DNA from: Anthoceros angustus
Taxonomy: Eukaryota > Plantae > Anthocerotophyta
Direction: 5' to 3'
Length of the DNA: 41,428 bases
NCBI GenBank assembly: GCA_010909165.1
Contig: VJWM01000356.1
Span: 1-41,428 of the forward strand
The stretch's first letter is position 1, and the number at the start of each line of letters is the position of its first letter. Below are positions 22,519 to 35,400 of this stretch, piece after piece. The position numbers and the translations under genes were made by a program. The notes under the pieces were generated by a model. That model saw only the letters and a program-made list of their open reading frames with translations, had not been told where the DNA came from and made no database searches.

Positions 22519-23784
22519 ATTGCTCCTGACAAACACTTTGAGAGGATGACCAGATCAAGAGGAACCATAAGGTATTCATACCTCGGCAAACAATGGAGCG
22601 AAAAAGATCCTTCTGCGTTTGTGGATTGAGGCGATTGATGCCTTGTTTTGGTTAGCCGATTGGTACCATCTCACGGTGCATGGCAGCTATGAGCAAGTTG
22701 CTATATCATCTAAGAGGTTGAATCGACGAGTCTGGACTAGCCTCGACCTCAACCTAAGATCATATGTAATTCCGCTGCGCAATCTCATGAGGAATTAAAG
22801 CGTATTCATTAAAACAAAAATCTGACATTGTGGACCAGAAAGAGCAACAAGGATTTCAGCGAAATCCCACAATTATCTCAGGATAATCGGGAAATTATGC
22901 TGAGATCCGTGCTGCTCCCTCCTACACACACTTATCAGTTTTAATAATTACAGAGAACACTGGAGAAATGTTTAATGGGGTTTTCTAAATTTCCACTTCC
23001 AGGAAATGGCTGCTCAATACCGTAGAGAGGATCTGTCTCGTCCCAATTGTGTGGACTCGCCTGCACACCAAACAAGAAGGAATCAGTCCTTCTACAGGGG
23101 GTCACAAGAGGACGACGAGGATTCTGAACGGGAACAGGAGTAGGAACTCACCTGAATATTTCCTGATCATTCTCCAGGCTTACCAGAAATTATTGGCGCT
23201 TACAGAGTTCTGTCTCAGAGACTAAACACAACATAAACAGCTTTTCAGGTTCTTGCACTTTGTAACTGTAATCGTCACAAGGTGTGACAAATGTGGATAA
23301 TTATAGAACTGGGCATCTTAAATCTCAAACCTCAATTCTGAGATACATCTGTTTACTCGCCGAGCCTATGGCTGTTCTATTTCTTGAGACCTTTGCTCCT
23401 CTCGCGAGCCAGGCGCGAAGTGACCAACTGCGGCGCAGGAGCGTGGCACCTGATCTGACATATGTCGGGTGATTGCGGGAGAAGAGATGTTTCAGGCTGA
23501 AGCCCCTTTCCTCATCCCGTGACATTCGCTGCATCAACTGCCACATGGCTGATTAGTTAGGGTCTTTTTCCCTAAACTCATGAAATCTAACTATGGTTAG
23601 TATTTTTTAAATCATGAGTTTACCATCTTCTTCACTTACCGTTTCGTCATGAAGAGGTCTGTCTCTCATAGCTGGTGACCATTCGCCATAGCTTCCTTAG
23701 TGTTCACCTGTATGTCAGATAGCTCTCCTACGTCCATAGACAGCGGAGATACCCTGACCTGTAGTTCATCTAATTTGACCTCAG

Positions 23785-26700
23785 ATGGATACAGTACCAC
23801 CACCTCCTCCTCCTCCCCCTCCTCCTGGATACAATAGCCCCACCTTCACGGAAAGTGTAAAAGAAAAAGATAGGTTTAACGGGACTAAGTATGAGGTATG
23901 GAGGGTGAGGATGAAAACTACCTTGTTAGCCAGAGGTGTCTGGGGAATTGTAGATGGCTCCATCCCTGAACCTGATCCCTCTAAGACGAAGGGAGAAAAG
24001 GACAAATGGGCTCATGCTAACAATATCTCCATGGCACTTCTGATAGGTGGTCTTGCAGAGGACATGATCCCTGCAGTAGAATTTCTCACCAAAGCTAGTG
24101 AGATTTGGAAACAACTTTCTAACTAGTATGAAGTACGCAACGTACTTACCTTGTGTGCACTTCGACAAGAATTCTATGGGCTCAGGATGAGGGAAGGAGA
24201 AAAAGTACTTGCTCACACCAGCAAGCTTAGACATCTCCGAGCCCAACTTGCGGCTGTAGGCACTGTGATGGATGAAGTAGATGTCATTGCACAATTGCTT
24301 ACCAGCTTACCTCCTAGTTATCAGAATTTTGTGTCTGCACACAACGTGCCCATCCGTCAGGCACAGGCTGCTGGTAAACCTCCACTCTCACCTTAGACGA
24401 GGTGATAGGTGCCCTGTTCCAGGAAGAGCAGAGCAGGCTCATGTCAGGGTCTGGTTCTAAGTCCAAAGCTGACAGAGTGCTAACTGCTATCCGGAGTAGA
24501 CAGGGGCAGAGGGGCAAACCTAAGACAGCACCATATTATCAAAACTCACGACAGGATGCAGGATCCTCTAATTCCAATTCAACCAAGAAAACAGGTACTT
24601 GTAATTGGTGCGGTATTCCTGGCCAATGGGCTCGAGACTGTAGAAAGAAGAAAGCTGGGGAGCCTCAGAAGCAGCCTCCCCGATCTGCAGCCACCGTCAC
24701 TGTTAAAGACAAAACTGGTGATTCAAGGAAGCCAGTAGTCAAAATTCTAACAATCTGCCTATCCACATCTACTGGAGATAAGACAGCATGGTACCTGGAC
24801 TGGTGCCACTTCACACATTTGTAGGGAGGCATCTCTGTTCAGTTCCCTCGAATACACGACCACTGTAGATAGGGTATATCTAGGCGATGAACAGAAGGAT
24901 ACAAGCCAGCGGATCAGAGGACAGGGATCCTGCACCTTCCATTTGAGTGATGGAACAACACTCGTACTCACAGATGTGCTGTTCGTGCCTCACATGGCTA
25001 AGAACCTCCTTTCACACTGGCGAACACGCAACTCAAGACTTTTAGACTTACTTGCTGGGATAGTACATTGTTTCTCGGGAGGACCTCTCCAGAAACTTGT
25101 GTCTTCAGGGCTATTCTAGAAAATGATTTGTATCGTCTGGACATGGTCTGTGTTCCTGGTCACAGGAACACGGCATATTCAACAAGTGCTGGCAACCTAA
25201 GCACTAAGCAGCAATCTATTCTATGGCATGCTCGTTTAGGGCATGTCAACAGGAACACGCTGACTGTAATGTCAAAAGCTAGCTTATATAGGGAGCCCTT
25301 ACCATCTTGTTTGAAGGAGCTGCCTCTCTGTGAGACTTGTGCTCTTGCTAAGCAGAAGGAGCTTCCATTTCCTTCTGTTCCCGCTCACAGAACCACTCAG
25401 CTCCTTGACCTTGTTCACTCTGATATCTCTGGCTGTCTTCAGGTTCCATCACTTGGAGGGGCAGAATATTATTTAACTATCACAGATGATTTTAGCCGAT
25501 ACACTTGGACTTTTCCCATGAAATGCAAGAGTGAAACCTTTTCCTTGTTCCAGGACTGGTTGCTCTTGGTTCAAAGGCAAACAGGTCTTCTGCTAAAGGT
25601 CTTCCGGTCGGATAATGGGACAGAGTTTGTCAACCACTCTTTCACAAGTTTCCTGGCAGAACAGGGCATCATCCATCAGCTAATAGTCCCTTACGCAGCG
25701 AGAATGGGGTTCTTGGCGCAAAACAAGCGATGGGGATGACAAGGGCTACATTCGTGGTGGCTTACCTTCTTCCCTCTCTGAAATTTGAAGGCTGTGGACC
25801 GCCACATATATTTTGAACAGATTGTAACTAGTTCCTTAAGGCCCCGCCACACCCTTTGAGCTTGCACAGGCGTGAAACCTAGTCTTCTACATCTTATGGT
25901 CTTTGGCTCTAAAGCCTATGCTCATATCCAGAAAAACGCAGGAAGTTAGATAATCGTTCACGATGCCTTACCTTTATAGGGTATAGTGAACATGTAAAAG
26001 CATACAAGCTCTTAGACCCAACATCCAGACAGCTGGTTCTGGCGAGGAGTGTTACCTTTGTCGAGCCTCTGACCTATTGTGAAAGGGCAGACTTCTTCGA
26101 GAACTTGGCCTGTTGATGATCTTGATGATCTTCTTTGAATTGTTCTCTTAATACTACGATGATGCGATGGTGCTTTACCCGAGGCTGGAGATGTTGCTAA
26201 CCTTCCAGGCGATCTGGATGCTGCTATGATGCACAGGACCCAGCACCTCCGCGGAATCTGAAGACCCTCCACTGCACGGTCGCACTTTCAGAAGGGGCCA
26301 ATATGTTAGGACCAGATGGTCTGGACTTGGGGTCACATAATGATGAAGACTATGATCTGTTCCCTGACATTTTTCTTCCAGAGGATGATCCATCAGGGGT
26401 CTTTGACGAAGATGACCTACCTCATCAAGCAGCAGAGGGGCCAGAAGCCGCTCCACCTTTTGTAGCTCCAGGCCCTCCTGAGGATGATGTTGGCCCACGC
26501 AGATCATCTCGCCACAAGCCCCCACCTTGAGAATGGAAGGAGCCTCGATACCAGTCTATTGACTTTCGCCATTCTGCTGGAGCTGTTACTGCTCCCCTAC
26601 CTGTTCCACTTGAACTTGTTAGCCTCACAGAAGCTCTTACAGGACCAGATAAGGAGAAATGGAAATATGCAGTGGATGATGAGTATAACACCCTGATCAA

Positions 26701-28170
26701 AAACGGCACATGGAAGTTAGTTCCCATACCTGCCAACCGAAAACCAATCACCTGCAAATGGGTTTTCAAGCACAAGCTAAATGCGAAAGGAAAATAGCAA
26801 GATACAAGGCACGTCTCTGTGCTCGAGGCTTCACACAAGTGGCAGGCCTTGATTATCAGGAGACATTTTCTCCTGTTGTACGTGCTCAATCTCTTCATCG
26901 CCTCATTTTTGCCCTAGCCGCTGAATATGACCTTGAATTGCAGCAGATGGATGTCTGCATTGCTTTTTTGCATGGCATCTTAGAAGAGGAGCTGTATATG
27001 GAACAGCCTGAGGGTTATGCTGACCCTGCACATCCCGACTATGTATGTCAGCTTATCAAATGTCTGTATGGTTTGAAGCAAAGTGCAGAACGCTGGTATA
27101 AACGTTGTGACAAGGCCTTAAAGGCTCTCGGTTTCAGCAGTGTGTACTCTAACGTCTATGTCCTGCAGGAAGGAAACGCTTACGTGATTCTTGCACTGTA
27201 TGTAGACGATGTGATCCTTGCTGCCAATGACACCTCTATGCTGGCCACAGTGAAAAATATGTTAAGGCAAACCTTTGAAATGACCGATAGTGGGGATTTA
27301 CTATTCTGTCTTGGAATTCAAGTACTTCGAGTTCGCTCTGACAGGCTCCTTATCATTCACCAACATAAGTATATAGCTGAAATCCTTCACAAGTTTAACA
27401 TGGGTTCTGCACACCCTGCTACCACCCCAGGCGCAGTGAGTGTCAAGCTCACAAGATATGAGTGTTGCACATTCTAGGTGACCAAAAGACATGCAGATGT
27501 TCATCATTACTGCGTCCAGCTTGATCTTCATCGACAAGCTGGACCCATACGATATCTGACCTCCGTCGATCTTGTCTCTCAATTCTTAGAAAACCACAGG
27601 CGTGTTCAATTTCATCAAGCATATTCGTTACTTGAAAGGAACTCATCACATCGGACTCTGTTATAGAAGCGTAGTGCAGGCAACTTATCTCTGAAGGGTT
27701 CTGAGGCAGATTGGCGTCGGCGGTGACTCAGGAAAAGTCTCTCCACGTATGTTTTTTCTCTTGTCTCTCAGCATCAGCTGGGTACAAGCGGACGAGCATT
27801 GCTCTCTCGATCTGAGGCCGGTAGTCCGCCACGGATGCAGAGGTTGAGTGGGAGCGTGCTTTCTTAAAAGATATTGGGGAACCACAAACAGAATCTACTA
27901 ACCTGCAAGGGTGTGATAATTCAATCAATCGCAGCTTTTGGTCACAGTGTGAACCTCGCTTCACGCTTCGCACTTGCGAAACATGTCGAGATCCACCATC
28001 ATTACGTCAGGGATGCCGTTGAGAGGGGCGTAGTTAAAATTCTCTATGTGCCCACAAAGGAAAACACAGCGGACATCCTGACTAAAGCCTTGCCAAAGGA
28101 CAAGCATGTTAAGCACATGGAAGGCTTGGGTCTCTTCAACTATCAACAGTACTTCAAGTCTGCAACTTAG
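23785..28170 (+). pseudogene. Copia gag-pol polyprotein (stops/frameshifts)
   Basis: KDRFNGTKYEVW; CNWCGIPG zinc knuckle; WYLD; LWHARLGH; LVHSD; RSDNGTEF; YKARLCARGFTQ; LYGLKQS; LYVDDVIL; ADILTKAL. Confidence 0.96.
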
Positions 28171-28957
28171 GGGGTTGAAGAGGGACTTACGGGTGAGGCC
28201 CAAGTCCTCTGATGTTGTTTTGTGCTCTGTCTGATGCTTCCCAGTCCCTCTACTCTTCAAATACCGCGGTACAGAGAAAGAGAGGGATGTTAGTATCTTG
28301 GCAATCACAGGATGCAACACCAAGACACAAGGCAAGATGCGGTATCACGGTCATTAAGTCTGCCGGTGAGTAGTGGATGAAAACTCCAAGACGTTCTAAT
28401 CACCGCTGCATAGCTACCATTCACCTTGGGAAGAATTTATTCTCATGTGCCCTCCTCTCTCTTCTCCCCGCCTCTCATCATCGCACAGAAGATTTAGCCT
28501 AGCTGGCTTAAGGAGAATGGCTTCATCTCCTTTGTCCTTCAGTTGGATGCAGTTCTCCTCTCTCTTCACAGGCTTGCTCCAGCACAATTTGATATCAAGC
28601 GAGATTTTGAACCCGCCTAGTGTCACACTAGAGCCCAGCAGATGGCGCTCATCCCAGTCCTCCAGCTCCTGAAGTTTCTGCGGACCTTGGCGCCTCCTCT
28701 GCTTGCTGATGCCCTTTGTTCAGGTCACGCTTCGGTGCCATGCTTGCGAACAGGAATCCCAGTGCATGGGAGCAGGCGTAAGCAATTGTGAGGAGCACAG
28801 CTATCACCGAGGCTATGTTTGTAGTCATCCTGCCTGTCCTGCATGCACTCAAAGGTGTTTGTTGGGGCGTAATCATTTACGCTCCGCAGCTCGAGCAGTC
28901 CGCTCCTTGTGACTGTACTTCTGGATTCCCTACTAAGCTCGTGCGCTTAAGGGAGGG

Positions 28958-29159
28958 TGTTAAATATATAAGCTGGCACGACTTAGGGTTTCGTTAGATA
29001 TTGCTATAGTCATACATCCAAAAGACACCTTGCGAAGGGTTGCCTAGATAGAAGTACTTAGGACACACAAACCTACTTTATTTTGTATTATGTTTATGTT
29101 CTCAATTAGACCTTTGCTTTGTTTTCCTCTTGCACTCTGACCATGGTTCTACCCGAACA
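28958..29159 (+). repeat. 3' LTR of Copia 2 (PPT at 28949-28957)
   Basis: Preceded by aagggaggg; TG...CA. Confidence 0.97.
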
Positions 29160-29300
29160 AAAAACTTGGCAGGCATTTTCCAGTTCACCAAATTTTGCAT
29201 ACATGTCCACCAGGTAGGTGCCCACCACTACATTCTCGGTGAGCGAGCCCTTGCTGTACCCATAAGGGCATTCCATGTCACCATCACGACAAAGCAAGCA
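29160..29300 (-). pseudogene. PLS-class pentatricopeptide repeat (PPR) gene fragment
   Basis: ENVVVGTYLVDMYAKFGELENACQVF is a typical PLS PPR motif; it is cut by the Copia 2 LTR. Confidence 0.8.
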
Positions 29301-29599
29301 AGACTACAAAAATGAGGTCGGGGAATCACCACTAGTTGTCCATCATAGTGAAGACTAAACCGTAGGTTCTTTGAAAGACAGTCATCCCCACTTGCCAATT
29401 AAGGCGATCCATCTAACGTGGGGTCGTTCAATAAGCCATCCATCATAGCACTATGATGGGCGAACCATAGAGCAGAACCGGTAGATTCTTGAACTCAAGA
29501 AAGCGATTATCCCCACTCGCCAAGACCACATCCATGGTGCTCCCATTCCACCTCCATAAGATGATCTAGGCGGCGTAGGGATGTTCCTCCCGGCAAGAC

Positions 29600-30720
29600 A
29601 AAGCATTCAATTGGGCTTTACAGCGGACCGTGTTTTACAACACGGTCCGTTGCGTATAAAATGTTTGAGACGGCCGGGATCGGGCCTCTCTCATGTTTTA
29701 CAACATACACAACCTAATCTAATTTACAACACGATCCATTGCAAACCTCGCGTACATTGTAAAGCGTTTAGAGAGGCCAAGATAGGCCTCCCACGAATTT
29801 TACAACATAGTCTAATTTACAACACCCGTTGCAAAGCGCACTTGTTGTGTTGTAAAATGTATGACAAGGCCGGATCGCCTCTGCACGTTTACACCAAATT
29901 CACAACGTAGTCTCATATACAAGGTCCATTGCAAAGCGATCTTGCACGTTGTATACGCCTCGATCGGGTTTCCGGTGCCATTGACAAATTCACATTGTAA
30001 GCGTAGTGCCATTGACAAATTCACAGAGCCACCGGCGGCAGAGAGACACAAGCCACGGTTCCCCAAGTACCACTTGCTTTCGTGCTCTCACATAAATCAT
30101 AGCAAGAGTTAGGAAGCGGCACGAGCGGGTGGCCCAAGCACTCCACAACACCCTCGGGCAAGAGATGCACCACCTTCAAGCAAGAGACATGCACCACCTT
30201 CAAGAGACATGCAGTCCTCTTCATGTGTCATTTAGTCAAACAACTTCCACCAAAAATTGGACACTTTCGAGCGTGATTTCTTGATGCGAGAAGCCATATG
30301 AACTAGCATCCATGAATACACTAAGGAGTACCATTGAACCACCTTCCACTTTTGTGAATCGGCGGTGATGCGGCCCATGAAAGAGGGGCTCAGGGCACAG
30401 TGGACATGCACCTTGATTCACCATTTGCATACACCAAAAACACTTTGCATTCGCGGTGGTCATCGAACATGGTCATGATCCATGGCCAAGCACTGTAGTT
30501 TTTTGCTTTGAGGCAAAGAGGCTGTCCATCGCACTATGATGCAGCATGAGGCAGAAGGTAGATTCTTGAACAAGAGCTTATCCCCCACTTGCCAAGACCA
30601 CATCCATGGTGCTCCCATTCCACCTCCAATGATCCGGTGGCGTCCTCTTCTCTGACTCTCCGAGTCTTGCATACATGTCCACCCAGCGATTGGCAATAAA
30701 CAAGTTCGGTGGAATGTCAG
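29600..30720 (+). repeat. ~1.1-kb dispersed repeat unit (hairpin + tttacaacac subrepeats + degenerate PPR-like sequence), copy 1
   Basis: Colinear with 40245-41360. Confidence 0.9.
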
Positions 30721-31000
30721 CATGCAACATATCATGCGCACTTTTCTAGATTCGAGTCCACGGCAAATGCACAAGCTTGAAGGCTGCTACAAAGATGTGG
30801 GCATCCGCCTTCACACGAGCGACACATCGCATAGTAAAGTTGTATCGCCTCATTAGGCTCCCCATGTGTAGCATGTGCGGAGATTATTGAAAACCACATG
30901 AAGGATTTGGTTTGCCCACCCTCCACCAGCCTACCCGGATACATACAAGATATGGTTCCCCAAGTATGTGATTGACTCAAGTTTGTGTGAGATCATGACG
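30700..31000 (-). pseudogene. Degenerate PPR gene fragment
   Basis: TISCMY.., WFSIISAHATHGEPNEAIQLYYAM, SSLQACA. Confidence 0.7.
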
Positions 31001-31469
31001 CGTCATCCCACAACCATGTCCTTCTTATCGCACAAAGTTTTAGCGACATATAAGATGGGGTGAGGAATAGAATAGTCTATCTTCTACGATTTTCTGAGCT
31101 CCAACGGCCTCGAGCTTTCCCTACTCACATAACGTCTTTGATGGTTACGGTGTCACGACTCCCATATCCAATCCGGCACACCTCCCGGGCTCGGGCTTTG
31201 GAGAGCTCGACTTGGAGAAGCACAATGACCCACCATATTCAAAGAAACAAGCTTCTCATCCAACAAGTGGCTTGAACATGTTGTTTAACCGAGGACCTCA
31301 CGGACTCCTTGCAGAATGTCGTGAGCTCCTCTTACCTCGCCTAGTTTCCCACGCACAAGAGGGGAGTCCTAGGAAGTGGTGATGGGAGGGGCAGTTACTT
31401 GGTGTGGTCACCGAAGCGGTGGCCGCTCAAGTCCGCTACGAGTCCGGTAGTCCTATCTATTCAAATAGG

Positions 31470-31745
31470 TAGGACTCAAGTCCTTGGTCTTTGGGGTTTG
31501 GGAAGAAAGCAGACTCAAGTCCTTGGTCTTGAGGTTTGAATGATGTTCCTTGGTCCTTGGGAAAGTAGATCTCAGTCCTTGGTCAGGATGTAGTAGATAG
31601 GCCTATTTCGAGTCCTTGGTCTTGGTTCAAGGATGTTCCTTGGTCCTTGGGAAAATGGTATGTAGATAGAAACCTAGTCCTTGGTCTTGGGGTTTCGGAA
31701 GGATGTTCCTTGGTCCTTGGGAAAGTAGCATGTAGATAGAAACCT
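31470..31745. repeat. Tandem array (agtccttggtcttgggg...ggatgttccttggtccttgggaaa), probably within a retroelement LTR/UTR
   Basis: ccttggtc recurs about 8 times in ~65-75-bp higher-order units. Confidence 0.8.
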
Positions 31746-32499
31746 ATTTCGAGGGCCGAGGAAGGCAACTTCCTTGAACCATGGGAATTCGCTTTTCTAG
31801 ATATTGCATGTAGGGCTATATATGCATGTTAGGTAGACTAGGGGTAAAATTGGCCGACTCATCAAGGGCCCGGTCAGACATGTATACAATCTCGCTACTC
31901 CATGGCGGAGTAGTGAGTTCAACCCTAGGCCGTGGAGTATACTTGAAAATTTTATAGCATAATCTAGGTAGGAATCCTAGTGTACTTCCTTTTGGATTGC
32001 GACCGCAATTCCAATGGAGATACACTAGGACAACGATTGGCGTGCTACATATAAAGATTTGTAATACAATGATATGTAGTTCTTGCATATTAGCAAAGAC
32101 AAAGTCGGGCCTAATGAAATGGCTAATCCAGCGCCAAGCGGCTCGCCGAGCTAATTTCTAATAGACGCAATAGGTATAGAGTTTCGATAGGCCTTCACTT
32201 GCGATAATCTACATAGTATGCCGTGCTGAAAAAACCTTGAGGGATTTCAAGCATGGTTAGTCGTAACATCCGAAATGTAGAGGCATGTTGAAATGTTGAA
32301 ATGTCACCGCAGATCTGGAAGAGGTTGAAGGACCTGATGCGTGATTTAAATGTCATTAGTGTAATGGCGATTGAGGTGATTCCCGAAAAACACATAGGAG
32401 TATTTAGATCCTTAGCGCTAAGGTTGAAGGATCTTGTGGTGAAAGAGGAGCTCACACTACTCTGATATATTTCACGCTCTTGATCTCACTTAAGATTCA

Positions 32500-35400
32500 C
32501 AAGGTCACAACGCTTGGGGTTACGCCAAGAGTCTTTGAGTTTATTTAAAACTCACTTTCAACTCATTTATTAATGTTCTTTAATATATTCAGATGTAATT
32601 GATTAACATGTTGATTTAATCTGCATATTCTTTTAATTTAAAATGGTATCGAGGTGTTATATGAATCTTCATGATTTGATGCATATTCTAATGCATTTAA
32701 AAGAATGCATTTACGTAAGTTTTGTTGTTCTTTTGATTTAGAAAATGTTTTCTTGATCAAGAAAACAAAACTTTTAAGAACATATTTTGTGTTGTTTATT
32801 TATATAAAATCCAATTCCTCGGCAAGGAAGTGATCATGATTTTCCCGGATTGTTTTTTAAAGCAATCTCGTGAGATATATTAGGACAACTACCTAACTGC
32901 AGTAGATTGTTAGACATATTTATATAAATACAATGAACATTTAACAACACAAAATTTGGGATGAATGGCCAATCAATTGGTCGGGCACAAACCTCGTCAT
33001 TGAGCGGATTCCACAACCTCAAAATCGCCGGAGGCAAGGAGCACAAGCTGCAAGAAACGAATTGCTGGTCGCCTTCATCAACATGTGACCAATGGATTGC
33101 TACAATACAAGACCCACTGCCCTTGCACTTGAAGTAAGGGAATCTTTCAATACCTTGATTGAAGTGATTTATCCTCGAATGCCACTTGGTGATTGCCCTT
33201 CCACCAATAACTCGACAATCTCCAAGTTCGTGTTCAGAGAGCCTTTGATGGAATGGTAACCCTAGAGGTTTTCTAACAACGCATGTCTCTCCACCGCTTG
33301 TTGCATGCTTAGTGAACAGGATTGAGTCACATCGAACATGTGGACACACGCTTTAGATTATGCACAAGGTATCCTACAAAGGTAGACTTGAGAGATTTGC
33401 AAGAGCGATAAGTCACTTGATTTCAAGCTTCTTACCTTGTTAAAACCATCTTTGCTTGCAACTCAGCACGAGGTGTAGCCCGTAAGCATGCAACGAAAAC
33501 AAGTAAAAACATATATGTTTGGAAGTCCTAATTTTGTCCATCGCCTATATGCTTACAATAAGTGGGATTAGAAATCGTAAAATAAACAGAATTCAACAAC
33601 AAGAGTCTTAGACTGTAGTCGATGTGACTCTCACAACATATCAGAATCGAGCTATGTGCATTACATGTTTGAAGTCTTGAGTCTTTCTAACTCGCAAAGC
33701 CATCATCGAATCTTAGTAATTTTGAGAGCTAACCCAAAAATACCAAAGAGGAAAAATGGCATCTGCAGAGATACCTCATCTAGCTTGTGGGAAGGGTTCA
33801 AGGAGAAAGATAGGTTTGGAGGCCGGGATTACGACATATGGGTAATCCCATGAAAGGGCCTTACAAAATAGGAAGTTGTGGAAGGTAGTCATTGGGGAAG
33901 AGAAGGCGGGCCCACACCTCCCACATTACCTACACGCTGAGAAAAAGGTTAATTGATGCATGGGATGCAAAGGATGAGGCAGCTATGTTCCTCATCGAGT
34001 GGTCTTACCTCGAGATGTTAAGATGACTGGATGTACAACCTCAAATATGGAAAAGACTTCAAGACTGAGTGCAGCAACCGACAAGTCAAATGATGCTTTG
34101 AGAAATTTACAATTATGTAAAATGAGAGAAGGAGAATCAATCAAAGCACCTTGGACACTTTAGGACACTTGTGTCCACTTGAAAGTGCTTCAAACGAGGT
34201 TGTTAAAGATGATACTTACTTTACTTCCTCATATCCTTACACTCTTGGTCACATTTGTGACCTCCTTCAATGCCTCGAGACTCAGACCGAGAAACTTGCA
34301 AAGGCATCGTGTAATCCCTGAAACCAGCTACAGAGTTAGTGGGAGCCTTATTGCAAGAGGAAGCAAGCAAATCTAATGCATTTAGCGAAAAGAAGCCCTC
34401 TATACATCCAACAGAGGACGGAGGAGGAAGACCCTTGGGTGGGGGCAAGATCGAGAGGTGGTGGTTCACAAGGACGTGGAACCAGCTAGAGAAAACCCAA
34501 AAGGACAGGAGCTTGCAACTCGTGCAAATTACCTAGTCATTGGGAGCGTGAGTGCAGGAAAAGCAGTGGTGTACTGAAGGAGGGTTCACCATGAGACTCA
34601 CGTGGTTGTTAAGAAGCAACCAACCCCTCCGCCTCACGGTTGGTACAACATGCTTGCCACAAGTTCATCCTTGTCACCGCTTGTTTGTCGAAATACAAAG
34701 GTTAAGTATACCATAGATTGGTACTTAGACACACGCCCATATTTGCCTGAAAAGCATTTCAAACGCAAATCGCTTAAGGATCAAGACGATACGGGGATGA
34801 CAGATCCCTGGTGTCTCCTGGCATTGGAACAATAGAACTGACTGTTCCATCAGGAAATGTATTAGTGTTGCATGATGTGTACTATGTACCAGATATGACA
34901 CGTAACCTCATTTCAGTCAGAAAGCTGAATTCTGATAATCACTGTCACATTCTCTTTACTCAAACAGAATGTCAAGTATTAGATGCCTTTAATCATACTA
35001 GAGTACTTGCCTTTGGGTCTTCTGAGAAGGACTTGTTCCGTCTACATACAGATAGAAGTATACCATTTTCTCATTTGACCAAGGATGCTACTCATGCGTC
35101 TGCACAGCAAATAGAAAAGTCAAAACTATGGCATTTACGATTAGGGCACCCACATTCAGCAAAATTACAAAAATTAGCTGTAAGTGATCTTTACCAGCAT
35201 GGGCAGATAGGTCCTCTGGTGCCACTTCCTTTGTGTGAGTCTTGTGTTCTCTCAAAGCGGCATCAAGCAGCCTTTAAGAACAAAGAACCACACAGAGCTT
35301 CAGATGTCTTGGAACTTGTTCATACGGACTTATGTGACCACTCACAAGAATCCATTGGTGGTGGCAAGTATTTCCATTTACAGGATGACAAGACAAGGTT

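Larger units (their letters stand above)
22305..29159 (+). mobile_element. Ty1/Copia retrotransposon 2, full length with paired 202-bp LTRs
   Basis: LTRs 22305-22506 and 28958-29159 (TGTTAAATATATA...ACCCGAACA); PBS TGGTATCAGAGC; PPT aagggaggg. Confidence 0.97.

Noticed and set aside
23794-23826. Poly-proline run as a host extensin/formin gene
   Set aside because: It is the N-terminus of Copia 2 gag.
31470-31745. Possible CRISPR-like array
   Set aside because: Degenerate head-to-tail repeats without unique spacers, in a eukaryotic TE context.
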